Source: Leucoraja ocellata (taxonomy: Eukaryota). From it: a DNA stretch of 64,000 nt. The position numbers and the translations under genes were made by a program. Below are positions 25,309-37,189 of the stretch, piece after piece. The notes beneath the pieces were generated by a model. It saw only the letters and a program-made list of their open reading frames with translations. It did not search any database and was not told the DNA's origin. The stretch's first letter is position 1; every line of letters starts with the position of its first letter. Location of the stretch: positions 1,426,001-1,490,000 of the forward strand of contig JAWMAR010000085.1 in the NCBI GenBank assembly GCA_036785375.1, read 5' to 3'.

Positions 25309-28300
25309 ACCTTAAAGTCGCGCGCCTGATGACGTCACGCAGGCTGCCGTTTCAGATTTCGATCGCTGCAGGTAAGTCCCGATTTTCTCCCGTTTTTTGC
25401 TTCCTCGGTACGGAGCTGGTTGGCGCTGGACTCAAGTCTCCATAGCGCCACCGGAAGTGTTCAACAGCCCAGAAAGACGCTACGACTTTTTGCCCGACAG
25501 GAGACTACTCCCGGCGACCACCGGCAAACATATGGTGACAAACTAGTCGCCCTTAGTTGCCTAAAAAATCGCCTAAGTGGGACAGGCCATAAGGCAGCAA
25601 CTCTACCACTGTACCGTTCTGCACATTACACTCTCTCATGGATATTGAAGAAAGTTGTGATATTTCTTGGTGTGGCCAAGCATAAAAAAGATCTTGACAT
25701 TTTAGGATGGAGGGGAGAGGGTGGATTCCAAAACTTTGGGGCTTTGCGACTAAAGGCCTGGCTGCCAATGGAAAGGCAATAAGAATGAGGAAAAACATTG
25801 GTAACCAAATCCTGAGGGAAAAAAAAATGTGGGGATATTTGGGAATAGGGAATATTGTAGGATTGGATAAGGTTAAAGAAATATGAACCCATGATGGGAT
25901 TTAAACAAGATTAAAAATAATCAACTTGGAGTTCTTAGGTAACAGAGTAAGGGAAGAAACGTTATCAGATATTAATGTGAGTAAGTATTTCACAGAACTC
26001 CATTGCTTCATCTTGTAGAATTGGCAGATGCACAATGGTAACAAAATATAAATTGATGATTTTGATCACCTGGATATTAACAGGATTCTCATTTTCCAAT
26101 GGTTTACATTGTTACTTTTAGTCATGTTGACATTGGGTGGCTGCCTGGGAACAAATTTTCAGCCTGTCACAATTTTGAGCGAAGATAGACACAAAATGCT
26201 GGGGTAATTCAGCAGGACAGTCATCATCTCTGGAGAGAAGGAATGGGACATTGTCGAGGTGTGATACCTCTGAGACTGCAGTTTTAAAGGTGAAAGATGC
26301 AACACTAAGAGTGAACTGTATGTGTGCTAAAAGCAATATCTTTAATTATTAAGAATGTTGTAATGACATTTGACCCATGAGGATTGAGTTTCTATTTCTG
26401 GAGCTTGAAATTTTTAAGTATTTTCCCATGTATTCATCTGAAGAACTGTGCAGAATTCTTATCTTTTCAAGGCTACCATAAATTCACCTTTAACTTGTTG
26501 TCATGGATGTTGTGATCACTAATGAATAGCTTTTAATTATACATGCAGTCATAGGCAACTGGTGGACAGTTTGACAGATATCAGGTGTCTTAAGTTCCTT
26601 CCATGGGGGATCTATATGGACAGTTTAACCAGCAGGGTATTCATTTGTTCAATCAGATTGAAGGCTATTAGAGGGATAGAAAATGAATTAAAGATGGGAA
26701 AGTTAGAGATGCAGCATGGAAACAGACCCATCGAGTCCACACCGACATCAATCACCCATTCACATTAGCTCCATGTTATCCCACTTTCGCATCCACTCGC
26801 TCCATATGAGGGGCAATTTTCAGAGGCCAATTAATTCACAAACCTGCATGTCTTTGGCATGTGGCCAGAAACGGGAGCACCCGGGACAAAACCCAGGTAT
26901 TCACAGGAAGATCATGCAAACTCCACATAGACAGCCCCTGAAGTCTGGAGTGAAACCGGGTCTCTGGTGTTGCGAGTCAGCAGCTCCACCAGCTGCGCCA
27001 CTGTGCTGCAGTGAAATAAGATGGAAGATGGAATAAGAGTAGATTAAAATGGTCCAAGAGAATTTTTTTATTGTGTAAGTCTCCACCAATAATCAATTTG
27101 TACAAGACATACAGTAGCTGGCTGAGTTTATCCTCTTTCTCTGCATTTTGCAACTCGCATGGTCATGGGTCTGCTCCTGTGCTGGACTGTTCAGTATTCC
27201 CTATTTGCTAACTGCTCGCATTCATTCACTCACTGATCATAAGATAAAGGAGCAGAATTAGACCATTCAGCCGATTTTGTCTACTGCCATTCAATCATGG
27301 CTGATCCATTTTTCCCCCTCTGCCCTATTCTCCTACCTTCTCCCTATGACGCTCTTCCTATAAATCTCAATTTAAAAAACACCCAATGTATTGGCCTCCG
27401 CAGCCGTCTATGGCAATTAATTCCACAGATTCACCACCCTCCGGCTGAATAAATTCCTCCTCAACTCCATTCTGAAGGTACCGTTCTTCTAACCAGATAA
27501 ACGTGTCTACAACTCATTCCTATGGTCACCCAGTTTTACCCTATAAGAGATATTCCCCTCCATCACATCCTACCCTCCCCCCTCACTTCCTAACTCTCCC
27601 ACATCTTTAGAGACTTATTTTATTTTATTTTACGCTGGCAATTCTACAGTTGGCACATAAATCTTTTTCTCCAAATAGTTTTGTGATTTGGAAGCACATA
27701 AAGAGATTTGAAACTACAATGTTAGATATGTTATTATGCTATAACATACATCAATTAGGCATAACGTAATCTTTGAAATTTGACAAAAGGTTATCTTTGA
27801 AAATGCATAATATAATCTTTGAGGTTTGCCAGTAGATCTTTAAGCATATACAAAACACCTGTTAGATGTGCTTTGCAGTCACAGCTGTACAGGCAGAAAA
27901 CAAAGAGGTGGTACCAAGAAGATCATGGCAAGCTGCTCTTCTTTCTCGAAGCATCTTTTAATATATACATGCAATGACATTTTTAAGGTTCATGCACGCT
28001 TGGCTGCCCAATGATTGTATAGATAATTAGCAATCTGCCAACCAGCTACCATACGGACCCGGGGAGGAGGGAACTTAAATGGTAATTATAACTTATACAT
28101 GAAATGGTTGATCATGTAACGTTTATTATGTGCAAAACAGGAGTATAATTCTATGAGATACTTATGCATGAATACAATTTGTACACATTGTGTTTACAAT
28201 GATAGGTTGCTGAAGAAATGCCATCCCCACAAACCTTGTTTGTAAAGCCCTATTTATTGTTCATGAGGATGGAAACCAAAGAGAGCTGTGGTTTGTTGCT

Positions 28301-28380
28301 ATCATGATTTGTTGCAACAAAAGGTTTCAATATGAATTATGTCTTCACAACCTTTTAATTGTAGTCAAAATGTTATATGA

Positions 28381-28583
28381 TGAGGCTAGTTCATTGGCTA
28401 TATTTAAGAGGGAGTTAGATGTGGCCCTTGTGGCTAAAGGGATCAGGGGGTATGGAGAGAAGGCAGGTACAGGATACTGAGTTGGATGATCAGCCATGAT
28501 CATATTGAATGGCGGTGCAGGCTCGAAGGGCCGAATGGCCTACTCCTGCACCTATTTTCTATGTGTCTATGTCTATGTTTCTA
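28381..28583 (+). mobile_element. CR1 3' end
   Basis: Matches 50578-50770, including the tail repeats. Confidence 0.9.
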
Positions 28584-28915
28584 TCAGTGACAATCATGCC
28601 AGTAATGGTGCGAACATTGCATTAAGTAAATTATTTTAAAAAATTCCTCATATTTAAGATATCTGCTGTGGAGGTTACGAGTTACAAACACATTTCTTGT
28701 ACAGGTAATGAGCCGTATTATAGTGTAAGGTTGTTTTGGGCAAGAGGTGTTGCAGTGGTAGAGTTGTTACTTTACAGCGCTTGCAGCGCCAGAGACCCAG
28801 GTACGATCCCGACCATGGATGCAGTTTATACAGAGTTCTCCCCGTGACTGCGCGGGTTTTCTCAGAGACCTTCAGTTTCCTTCTACACTTTCAAGACATA
28901 CAGGTGTGTAGGTTA

Positions 28916-29475
28916 AGCCCCTATCCCACTTTCACGACCTAATTGGTGACCTCTGCCGAGTTTTCCCTTGACTCATACACGCAGCAGGGTCGCCACGAGG
29001 TCGTGGGAGGTCTTCGTAACTCTTCCTCATGCTCGTGAGTGGTCTCCGCGTACTCATGGCCTCAAGTGGGTCGCGGCGTTTTTTACAGCCTGATAAAAAA
29101 TGTCCACGAGTAAAAAAAAGGTCGGCATAGAAAAAATTGATACTTTTTACTCGTAGGTAGGTCGTAGTAGGTCGTGATAGTAGTCGTAGGTAGTCTTAGA
29201 TAGTCGTAGGTCGGTAACTGACCCGAGAAATAAATTGCGAACATGACATCATTTTTTCATGGGATCATTTTCCACTCGTAGCTAGTCATAGTCGGTCTTA
29301 GGTGTGGAAGAGTGAGGTTGAGGGGGGATTGTAGGAGGTCGTAGATATCATCGTAGAAGATCGTAGACATAGTCGTAGGACGTCATTTACTTTGGTGAGT
29401 CAACACGACCTTGACATCTTTTTCAACTTGTCTAGAATCTTCGTGGATTAGATCGTCCAAGTGGGACAGGCCCTT
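28916..29475. mobile_element. PIF/Harbinger-type MITE inserted in a SINE
   Basis: TTA-AGCCCCTATCCCACTT ... AAGTGGGACAGGCCCT-TTA; internal GTCGTAG subrepeats; the host SINE resumes on both sides. Confidence 0.7.
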
Positions 29476-30962
29476 TAATTGGTTTGGTTTAAGTATAAAT
29501 TGTTCTAAGTGTGTGTATGTGTGGGGATCGCTGGTCAGTGCAAACTCGGCAGCCTGAGGCGCCTGTTTCTGCACAGTATCTCAACACTAAACTAAAAGGT
29601 TATACAGAGGCTAGCTTTTAATATCGGATATTGTGAAGGGGGACAGTGTGGAAACTGAACATTTTCCTGAAGTCAGATGAGGAACAATTTGTAGAAAGGC
29701 ACAATGGTGGCTCGTATGCACATGCTGGGAACCAATTACATAATACGCTTCATTTCTGGCATAAATGAGGATGATTTTCTATACGGCAAATTCCTGTTAA
29801 ATCGCTGTAGTAGTGATGTAGGTAAGAAGAAGATATATAGTCATACAGCACAGAAACAGGCTCGCTGGCCCAACTCATCCATGCCGACCAAGATGCCCCA
29901 TCTAAGCTAGGCCTATTTGCCTGTGTTTGGCCCATATCCCTCCAAACTTTTCATATCCATGTACCTGTCCAAGTGCCTTCTAAATGCTGTTATACTTTCT
30001 GATTCAACCACCTCATTTGAAGAGTTTCGACCAAAAACATCACCCATCCATGTTCTCCAGAGATGCTGCCTGACCTGCTGAGCTACTCTGGTGCTTTGTG
30101 TCCATTTGCGTATTAACCGGCACCTGCTGATCCTTGTTTCTACCTCCTCTGGCAGCGTGTTCCATATATCCATCACCGTCTGAGTGAAAACATTGCCCCT
30201 TAGGTTTGTATTAAATCTTGCCCCTCTCAGCTTCAACATATGTCCTCTTATTTTCGACACCCCCTACCCGTGGTAAAAGACTTTGTGCATTCACCCTATC
30301 CAATCACCTTTTGATTTTATACCAGTTGGAGGTTAATCTTAACGTAGTGTTATATTACGGAGGGAAACATATGGAAAACCAGAATCCTAACATTAATAAT
30401 AAAAATGGAAAATGTTAGTGAAATATAACCAAATTAAAAAAAAAACACGTTAAATTGTTTATTCAAGGATTTAGATGTGCCAGACGCAGACACCTAGCTG
30501 TCTGATATTCATGTATTTGTCAAAGCAGATCGCAGTATGAGCTCATTCTAGCATGGGGTGAATGATTTGTTGCTTTGGCAACAGACTCTGCCAATTCCTC
30601 ATCAATCAACAGGAGGCAAATATCAATTGAGCTTACATGATATGGATGCCTGTGATCTCCTACACAGGGTGCTGTTGTCAGCCTAATCCCTGCCAAACAC
30701 AGTACGACTGTCATGGACAACAGCAGATTCTACCAGCGGCACACCGCCTCAATCTGTATCTATGCCTCATGGGAGGGGGGCAAGTTATCCTGATATTTAA
30801 TACAGATTAAATAATTACAGATTATTACAAATGAATGCAGATAAGAAATCCTGATATTTTACACAGATGAATGTATAAATTATTTACTTTTACTAAAGGT
30901 AGACACAAAATGCTGGAATAACTGAGCGGGTGAGGCAGCATCTCTGGAGAGAAGGAATGGGC

Positions 30963-30990
30963 GACGTTTCGGGTCGAGACCCTTCTTCAG
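30963..30990 (-). ncRNA. Minimal hammerhead ribozyme motif in fold-back element 30898-31075
   Basis: CTGAAGAAGGGTCTCGACCCGAAACGTC. Confidence 0.68.
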
Positions 30991-31129
30991 ACTCTTGAGT
31001 CTCGACCTGAAATGTCACCCATTCCTTCTCTCCGGAGATGCTGCCTGTCCCGCTCAGTTACTCCAGCATTTTGAGCCCCTCTTTGTTCTTGGTGGTGTGG
31101 CCTAACTCACTTTCCTCAGCCCTTCCTCG

Positions 31130-31770
31130 GCCTGACCTCTTCTCTTTAGTCTCATCTGCAAACTTACCGATCACGCGATCCACATTCTCATCCAAATCAT
31201 TGATATAAACCACAATCAGCAATGGGCCCATCACTAGTCACAGAGGCCCATCACTAGTCACAGACCTCCAGTCTGAAAAGCAACTTCCACCATCACCCTC
31301 TGCTTCCTTCCATGAAGTCAATTTTCAACCCAGTCGGATAACTCTCCCAGGATCCCATGCAACCTAACCTTCCAGTGCAGCCTACAATGTGGACCCTTAT
31401 CAAATGCCTTGCTGAAGTCCATATAAACAATGTCTGTGGCTTTGTTATGGTTATTTCTTCCAAAAACACAGATATGTAAGGTACAATTTCCCATGTATAA
31501 AACCATGCTGTTTATCCCTAATCATCCCCTGTCTATTCAAACTCTTATCCCTCAGAATCTTCTCCAGTAACTTGCCTAACACAGATGTTAGGCTCACTGG
31601 TGTATAGTTCCCAAGCTTTTCCTTACAGCCCTTCCTAAATAGTGGCACCACATTTGCCACCCTCAAAGTTTTCTGGCACCTCACCCATATTTATGACAAC
31701 TCGTAAATGTCAGCGAGGGCACCTGCAATTTCTTCTCTAGCTTTGCACAGTGTCCTTGGGTATATCTGAT
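31130..31770 (-). mobile_element. Older CR1 RT fragment
   Basis: ANVVPLFRKG..GNY.PVSLTS and DFSKAFDK remnants. Confidence 0.8.
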
Positions 31771-32425
31771 ATATTTGTCATATCGGATATATCAATTGCC
31801 AGGTCCTACCTCCACATCTCTTCCAGCTATTCCCCAAGCCCCCTCCCCCCCCCCCCCGCTGAATAATGGTCCTGACGCAAAACCACCTTTCCATTTTCTC
31901 CAGAGATGCTACTTGACCCACTGAGTTACTCCAGTGCTTTGTGTCTACATTAATTATTTACTGCTTTTAAAGGACGTTCACATTTCTCTCATTAATTAAT
32001 CTAGGCGAATATGAAGTAAAGAGCATCATACAAACGAGCCAAATTGTGACTTCAAATTAGCACAAAATTCCAGGAACTAGATTTAGATTTAGGTTTATTA
32101 TAATCACGTGAACCGAGGTGCAGTGAAAAGCTTTGTTTTGCAAGCTATCCAAATAGATCAGACATACCATACATAGGTATAAATCAGTTCAAACTCGTAC
32201 ACTAATTATTATTGTATTGTGGTTTTTCATTCAATATAAACTATTTCAATTTTAAAGCCATTTTGCATGCTTTATCTTTCCCTCTAAATAATGGAGCACT
32301 ACGAAGAGGTTTGCCAAATATAACTGTGTTGAAATTAAGCTTCATCCTGAAATTGAATAAAGCAGTGAAATTATCATGAATAGTTCATCTCAGTTCTGAC
32401 CCAAGGGACATATGATAACTGGAGC

Positions 32426-32435
32426 GGAAAGTCCC
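32426..32435 (-). promoter_or_regulatory. Canonical NF-kB site GGGACTTTCC
   Basis: Exact match in non-repeat intergenic DNA; function untested. Confidence 0.35.
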
Positions 32436-34636
32436 AGGAACATAGTGCAGGAGTGTGAGCACAAACTCTATCATATGCACATGTCACACACAACTTGTGA
32501 AGGCAAATAACTGCAGAGAGATTGTTGATGTGCACACAAATAATTTCCTATAAAATGGAAGTAATATGCCAGGATTTACTGGAAAAGCTAAAGAAAAAAA
32601 CACCAGCTATTCATGAGACAAGCCGTTGTCTGTATAAATTACATGAATGTTATGTTTATCAAGTTGCAGTACATGGTAGGTGAAGTGACACAATCGACAA
32701 TATTTATTTAGAGATACAGCGTGGCAACGGGCCCTTCGGCCCACCAGGTCCATGCCGACCAGCGATCACCCATACACTAGTTCTATCCTACAAACTAGAG
32801 ACATTTTACAGAAGCCAATTAACCTACAAATCTGCACATCTCTGGGATGTGGGAGGAAACAGGAGCACCGGGAGTAAACCCATGCGATCACAAGGAGAAC
32901 GTGTAAACTCCACACAGACAGCACCCATTGTCAGGATCGAACCCGGGTCGAACCCAGGCAGCTACCGCTGCGCCACTGTGCCGTCCCCAACAAAAATGAG
33001 TTCCTCATTTCCCTTTTATCCCCTCCCCCCATTGCCATCCACCTTTCCCCGGCTTTACATTCCAACTCCTCTTCTCTCCGCATCTGATAACCTTTTGTCT
33101 TGTTTTCCACTCTCGCTTTGTCTACCTATCTGTCAATGAAACCCACTCACCTGTATCCACCTATCACTTGCCACGATTTGTCCCACCCCACCTCTCTTTT
33201 ACAGCTTTTATCCCCTTATATAATCAGTCTGAAGAAGGGTCCCAATCCGAAACATTGCCTGCCCATTCCTTCCACAGATGCTGCCTCAGCATCTAAGTTC
33301 CTCGAGCACTATATGTTTTGCAGGAAATGCCAGCACCTGCAGATCCTTGTGCCTCCTTGTCAGGACTTCTTGGAGTCAGGTGAAAAAGGCAGAATATTAG
33401 CCGGAAAAGTGAATGAAATGTTGAACTGTTGATGGAAAACAAGATAAAATGAAGAGACGTAAGCAACTGCTGATGCTGATTTACAAAAGTGCTGAAGTCA
33501 CTCAGCAGGTCAGCCAGCATCTCTGGAGAACATGGATGGGCAACGTGCCGGGTTAGGATCCTTCTTCAAAATGAGTACAAGAAGATTAGATGAAAAAAAA
33601 AGAAAAGTAAAAGGAATTTTAGTGTATATTTTAAAATTTGTTACAATTAAAAATGGAAGGAATCCAATAGTTAAAAGTTATTTTTTAGTGTTGGAGTTGA
33701 TTGGTAATAAATTACTTTTGTCACATACTTAATTATAAATGTTACATTTAAATGGGTGAGTCCTAGTTTATGGGATTGTGGGCAGCGTATTTTACTGGAT
33801 TAATAATTCAGAAACTTGGCCTGATGATGAGTTCAAATAATTTACTTCAGTTTTAAGAGGTTTATAAATGACCCTCCATTTCAAAGAATTGCAAAAGCTG
33901 TGAAGATCCTCGACAACTATTTTTGGTTTCCAGTTTAATTCTTAGCGCTGATGAATTAATATTCTTCCAGTTGAGTGTCACTAAAAACATGGTTGTCCAC
34001 AATTGCACATATTGACCAGAAGGGTGAGGCCATTTATTTAATAACAATCATGGCTGCATCTGATTCCTGGTGTATAAAAAAAAGTCATTGCATTCACCTT
34101 GCATCATTGGTGAGTTGCATGGTGAAGTGCCACAATTGGGTAGTGTTAGAGTCATACGGCATGGAAGCAGACCCTTCGTACCAACTTGCCCACGCCAACA
34201 GACAAGCCCTATCTACACTAGTCCCACCTTCTGTGGCATGGAATTCCACAGATTTTCAACTTCCGGGTGAAAGAGTTTTTTCCTCATCTCAGTCCTAAAT
34301 GGCCTACCCCTTATTCTTAAACTGTGACCCCAGGTTCTGTACTCCCCCAACACCAGGAACATTTTTCCTACATCTACCCTGTCCAATCCTCTAAGAATTT
34401 TATATGTTTCTATAAGATTCCCTCTCATCCTTCTAAATGTTGACCTTGTTATTGGAAAGATGTTGTCAAGCTGGAAGGGGTGCAGAGAAAATTTACAAGG
34501 GTGTTACCAGGACTTGAGGCCTATAGGGAGAGGTTACCCAAAGGGTGGTGGGAGCTGCCAGAGGGGGTAGTTGAGGCAGGTACAATCGCAATGTTTAAGA
34601 AACATTTAGGCAGCTACATGGATATGATAGTGTGTA

Positions 34637-35950
34637 AGAGGGAACTGCAGATGCTGGTTTAAACCAAAGATAGACACAAAAAAACTCAGCAGGACAGGCA
34701 GCATCTCTGGTGAGAAGGAATGGGTGATGTTTTGGGCCAAGACCCTTCTTCAGACTGGTTGGGGGCAAGGGAAATGAGAATTAGGACGGTGATGTGGAGA
34801 GATAAAGACCAATGGATGAAAGATATATAAAAAAGTAATGATGATACAGGAAACAGGCCATTGTTAGCTGTTTGTTGGGTGAAAATAAGAAACCAGTGCG
34901 ACTTGGGTGGGGGAGAGATAGAGAGAGAGAGGGAATGCCGGGGCTACCTGAAGTCAGAGAAATCTAATTCATACCAATGGGCTGTAAGCTGCCCAAGCGA
35001 CATATGAAATGCTGTTCCTCCAATTTGCCTTTAGCCTCGCTCTGACAATGGAGGAGACCGAGGACAGAAGGGTCTGTGTAGGAATGGGCAGGAGAATGAA
35101 AGTGTCCAGCAACCGGGAGATTAAGTTGATTAACGTGGGCTGAGCGAAGGTGTTCCGTGAAACGATCGGCCAGTCTGCGTTTGGTCTTGTCCATGTATAA
35201 GAGTCCACATCTTGAACAATGAATACAGTAGATGAGGTTGGAGGAGGTGCAAGTGAACCTCTGCCTAACCTGAAAGAGGTTCAGGTTCAAGAACTCCACC
35301 ATGTTGTATGCAACGGCTGATGGGGTGAAAGGTAACAACTCATGGACTTCATCAACAGAGGCTCTGTCTCTGTGGCGACTAGGGAGAGGGGGAGCAAGGG
35401 CGGAGCTGCGGGGTATAGAGGAGACATGAGTGGGGACCTTATCTATGATGGGAGAGGGGATAGAGTCTTTGTAGGAAGCAGGGTGGGAAGAATTGTAATC
35501 AAGATAGTTGTCGGAGTCAGTGGGTTTGTAATGGACATCAGTCAATAGTCTATTTCTTGTAATGGAGACTGTGAGGTCAAGAAAGGGGAGGGAGGTGTCG
35601 GAGATTTGAATGCAGGATGAAAATTGGTGGAGAAGCTGATGAAGTCCCTGAGTTCTGCACTGGTGCAGGAGGTATCCCTCTCCCACCCAAGTCGCACTGG
35701 CTTCTCATTTTCACCCTACAATCAGCTTACAATGGCCTGTTTCCTTTATCATCATTACTATTTTTGCATACCTTTCATTCATTGTTCTTTATCTCTCCAC
35801 ATCTCTTGTTTCCCTTATCCTTAACCAGTCTGAGGAAGGGTCTCGACCCGAAATGTCACCCACCCCTTCTCTCTACAGATGCTACAGATCTTCTCTCCTT
35901 CTCTCTACAGATGCACCGTCCCGGTGATTTACTCCAGCTTTTTTTGTCTA
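34637..35950 (-). mobile_element. Penelope-like element with an inverted copy of its own 3' terminus (about 35680-35950)
   Basis: LPFLDLTV, YKPTDS, CTSSNLIYCIHCSRC..Y..KTKRRL..RF.EH; 35683-35945 is the reverse complement of about 34670-34911. Confidence 0.88.
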
Positions 35951-36175
35951 TATATATGGTCTAGGATAGGTTTGGAGGGATATGGGTCAAACGCAGGCAG
36001 ATGGGACAAGTGTAGATGGGGCATGTTGGTTGGCATGGGCAAGTTAGGCTGAAGGGGCTGTTTCATGCTGTGTGACTCTATCAAAGTCCAGTGTAGGCAT
36101 CCACCAGTTAAACAGATAATAAGACAAGGAAGACGAAAGGGCATTTCCATCCCCAACAATGCAGGAATTCACCTT

Positions 36176-36808
36176 ATAGACAATGGACAATAGGTGCAGG
36201 AGTAGGCCATTTGGCCCTTCGAGTCAGCACCGCCATTCAATGTGATCATGGCTGATCATACACAATCAGTACTCCGTTCCTGCCTTCTCCCCATATCCCC
36301 TGACTCCACTATCTTTAAGAACCCTATCAAGCTCTCTCTTGAAAGTGTCCAGAGAACTGGCCTCCACCGCCCTCTGAGGCAGAGAATTCCACAGTCATAG
36401 CTCTCTGCGTGAAAACGTGTTTCCTCATCTCCGTTCTAAATGCCTTACCCCTTATTCTTAAACTGTGGTCCCTGGTTCTGGACTCCCCCAACATCGGGAA
36501 CATGTTTCCTGCCTCTAGCGTGTCCAAACCCTTAATAACCTTATATGTTTCAATAGGATGCCCTCTCATCCTTCTAAACTCCAGAGTATACAAGTCCAGC
36601 CGCTCCATTCTCTCAGCATATGACAGTCCCGCCATCCCGGGAATTAACCTTGTGAACCTACGCTGCACTCCCTCAATAGCAAGAATGTCCTTCCTCAAAT
36701 TCGGGGACCAAAACTGCACACAATACTCCAGGTATGGTCTCACTAGGACGCTGTGCAACTGCAGAAGGACCTCTTTGCTTCTGTACCCAACACCTCTTGT
36801 TATGAAGA
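36176..36808 (-). mobile_element. CR1 3' fragment
   Basis: VRPYLEYCVQFWSP...TRDHSLRIRG and 3'UTR. Confidence 0.92.
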
Positions 36809-37092
36809 TATTATAGATGCAAAAGAAGAGGCTGAAGTAATTGTAACAAGCTCCAGGCAGAAATCCTGAAGGGATCCTGAAGGGATTATATGTCAAAGCT
36901 TACCCCTGAAGACCAAAGACCTTTGCTGAAGACTACAGGACGTATTCTGAGACCTCACGGTGCAGATATCTTGTTGAAGACCAGCATTTCTGACCAGTGT
37001 CCCTGGCTGAACTTGAGTTACAACAGTGACATCTGCAGGTATAAATTATAAGTGTAAAACAGGACAGTTCCAAGCCAACTAATTACCCAAAG

Positions 37093-37189
37093 GTTACACA
37101 AAAAAGCTGGAGAAACTCAGCGGGTGCAGCAGCATCTATGGAGCGAAGGAAATAGGCAACGTTTCGGGCCGAAACCCTTCTTCAGACTC
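37093..37189 (-). mobile_element. Solo Penelope terminus with hammerhead core (37158-37185)
   Basis: AATTACCCAAAG duplicated at 37081-37092 and 37190-37201. Confidence 0.85.

Larger units (their letters stand above)
19191..25457 (-). mobile_element. Full-length L1-clade LINE (about 6.27 kb)
   Basis: Starts CTTCCGGTGGCGCTATG with a CpG-rich 5'UTR, then ORF1, an AT-rich spacer of about 1 kb, ORF2 (EN-RT-CCHC) and an A-rich tail. TGTTC is duplicated at 19186-19190 and 25458-25462. Confidence 0.95.
19011..25590. mobile_element. PIF/Harbinger-type MITE split by the L1 (about 19011-19190 and 25458-25590)
   Basis: TIRs TGGGCCTGTCCCAC..GGCGATTTTTAGGCAACT and AGTTGCCTAAAAAATCGCC..GTGGGACAGGCCA; TAA duplicated from the host SINE. 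Confidence 0.75.

Noticed and set aside
29140-29385. CRISPR-like short repeat array (GTCGTAG)
   Set aside because: Irregular subrepeats inside a MITE in eukaryotic DNA; no constant repeat-spacer period.
28912-29478. Kolobok/piggyBac (TTAA) assignment for the MITE family
   Set aside because: The copy at 19011-25590 duplicates only TAA of its host SINE, which favours a 3-nt TWA target.
27990-30690. Candidate small exons at about 30637-30689 and 27990-28073
   Set aside because: They lie downstream of the predicted poly(A) site, have weak signals and show no homology.
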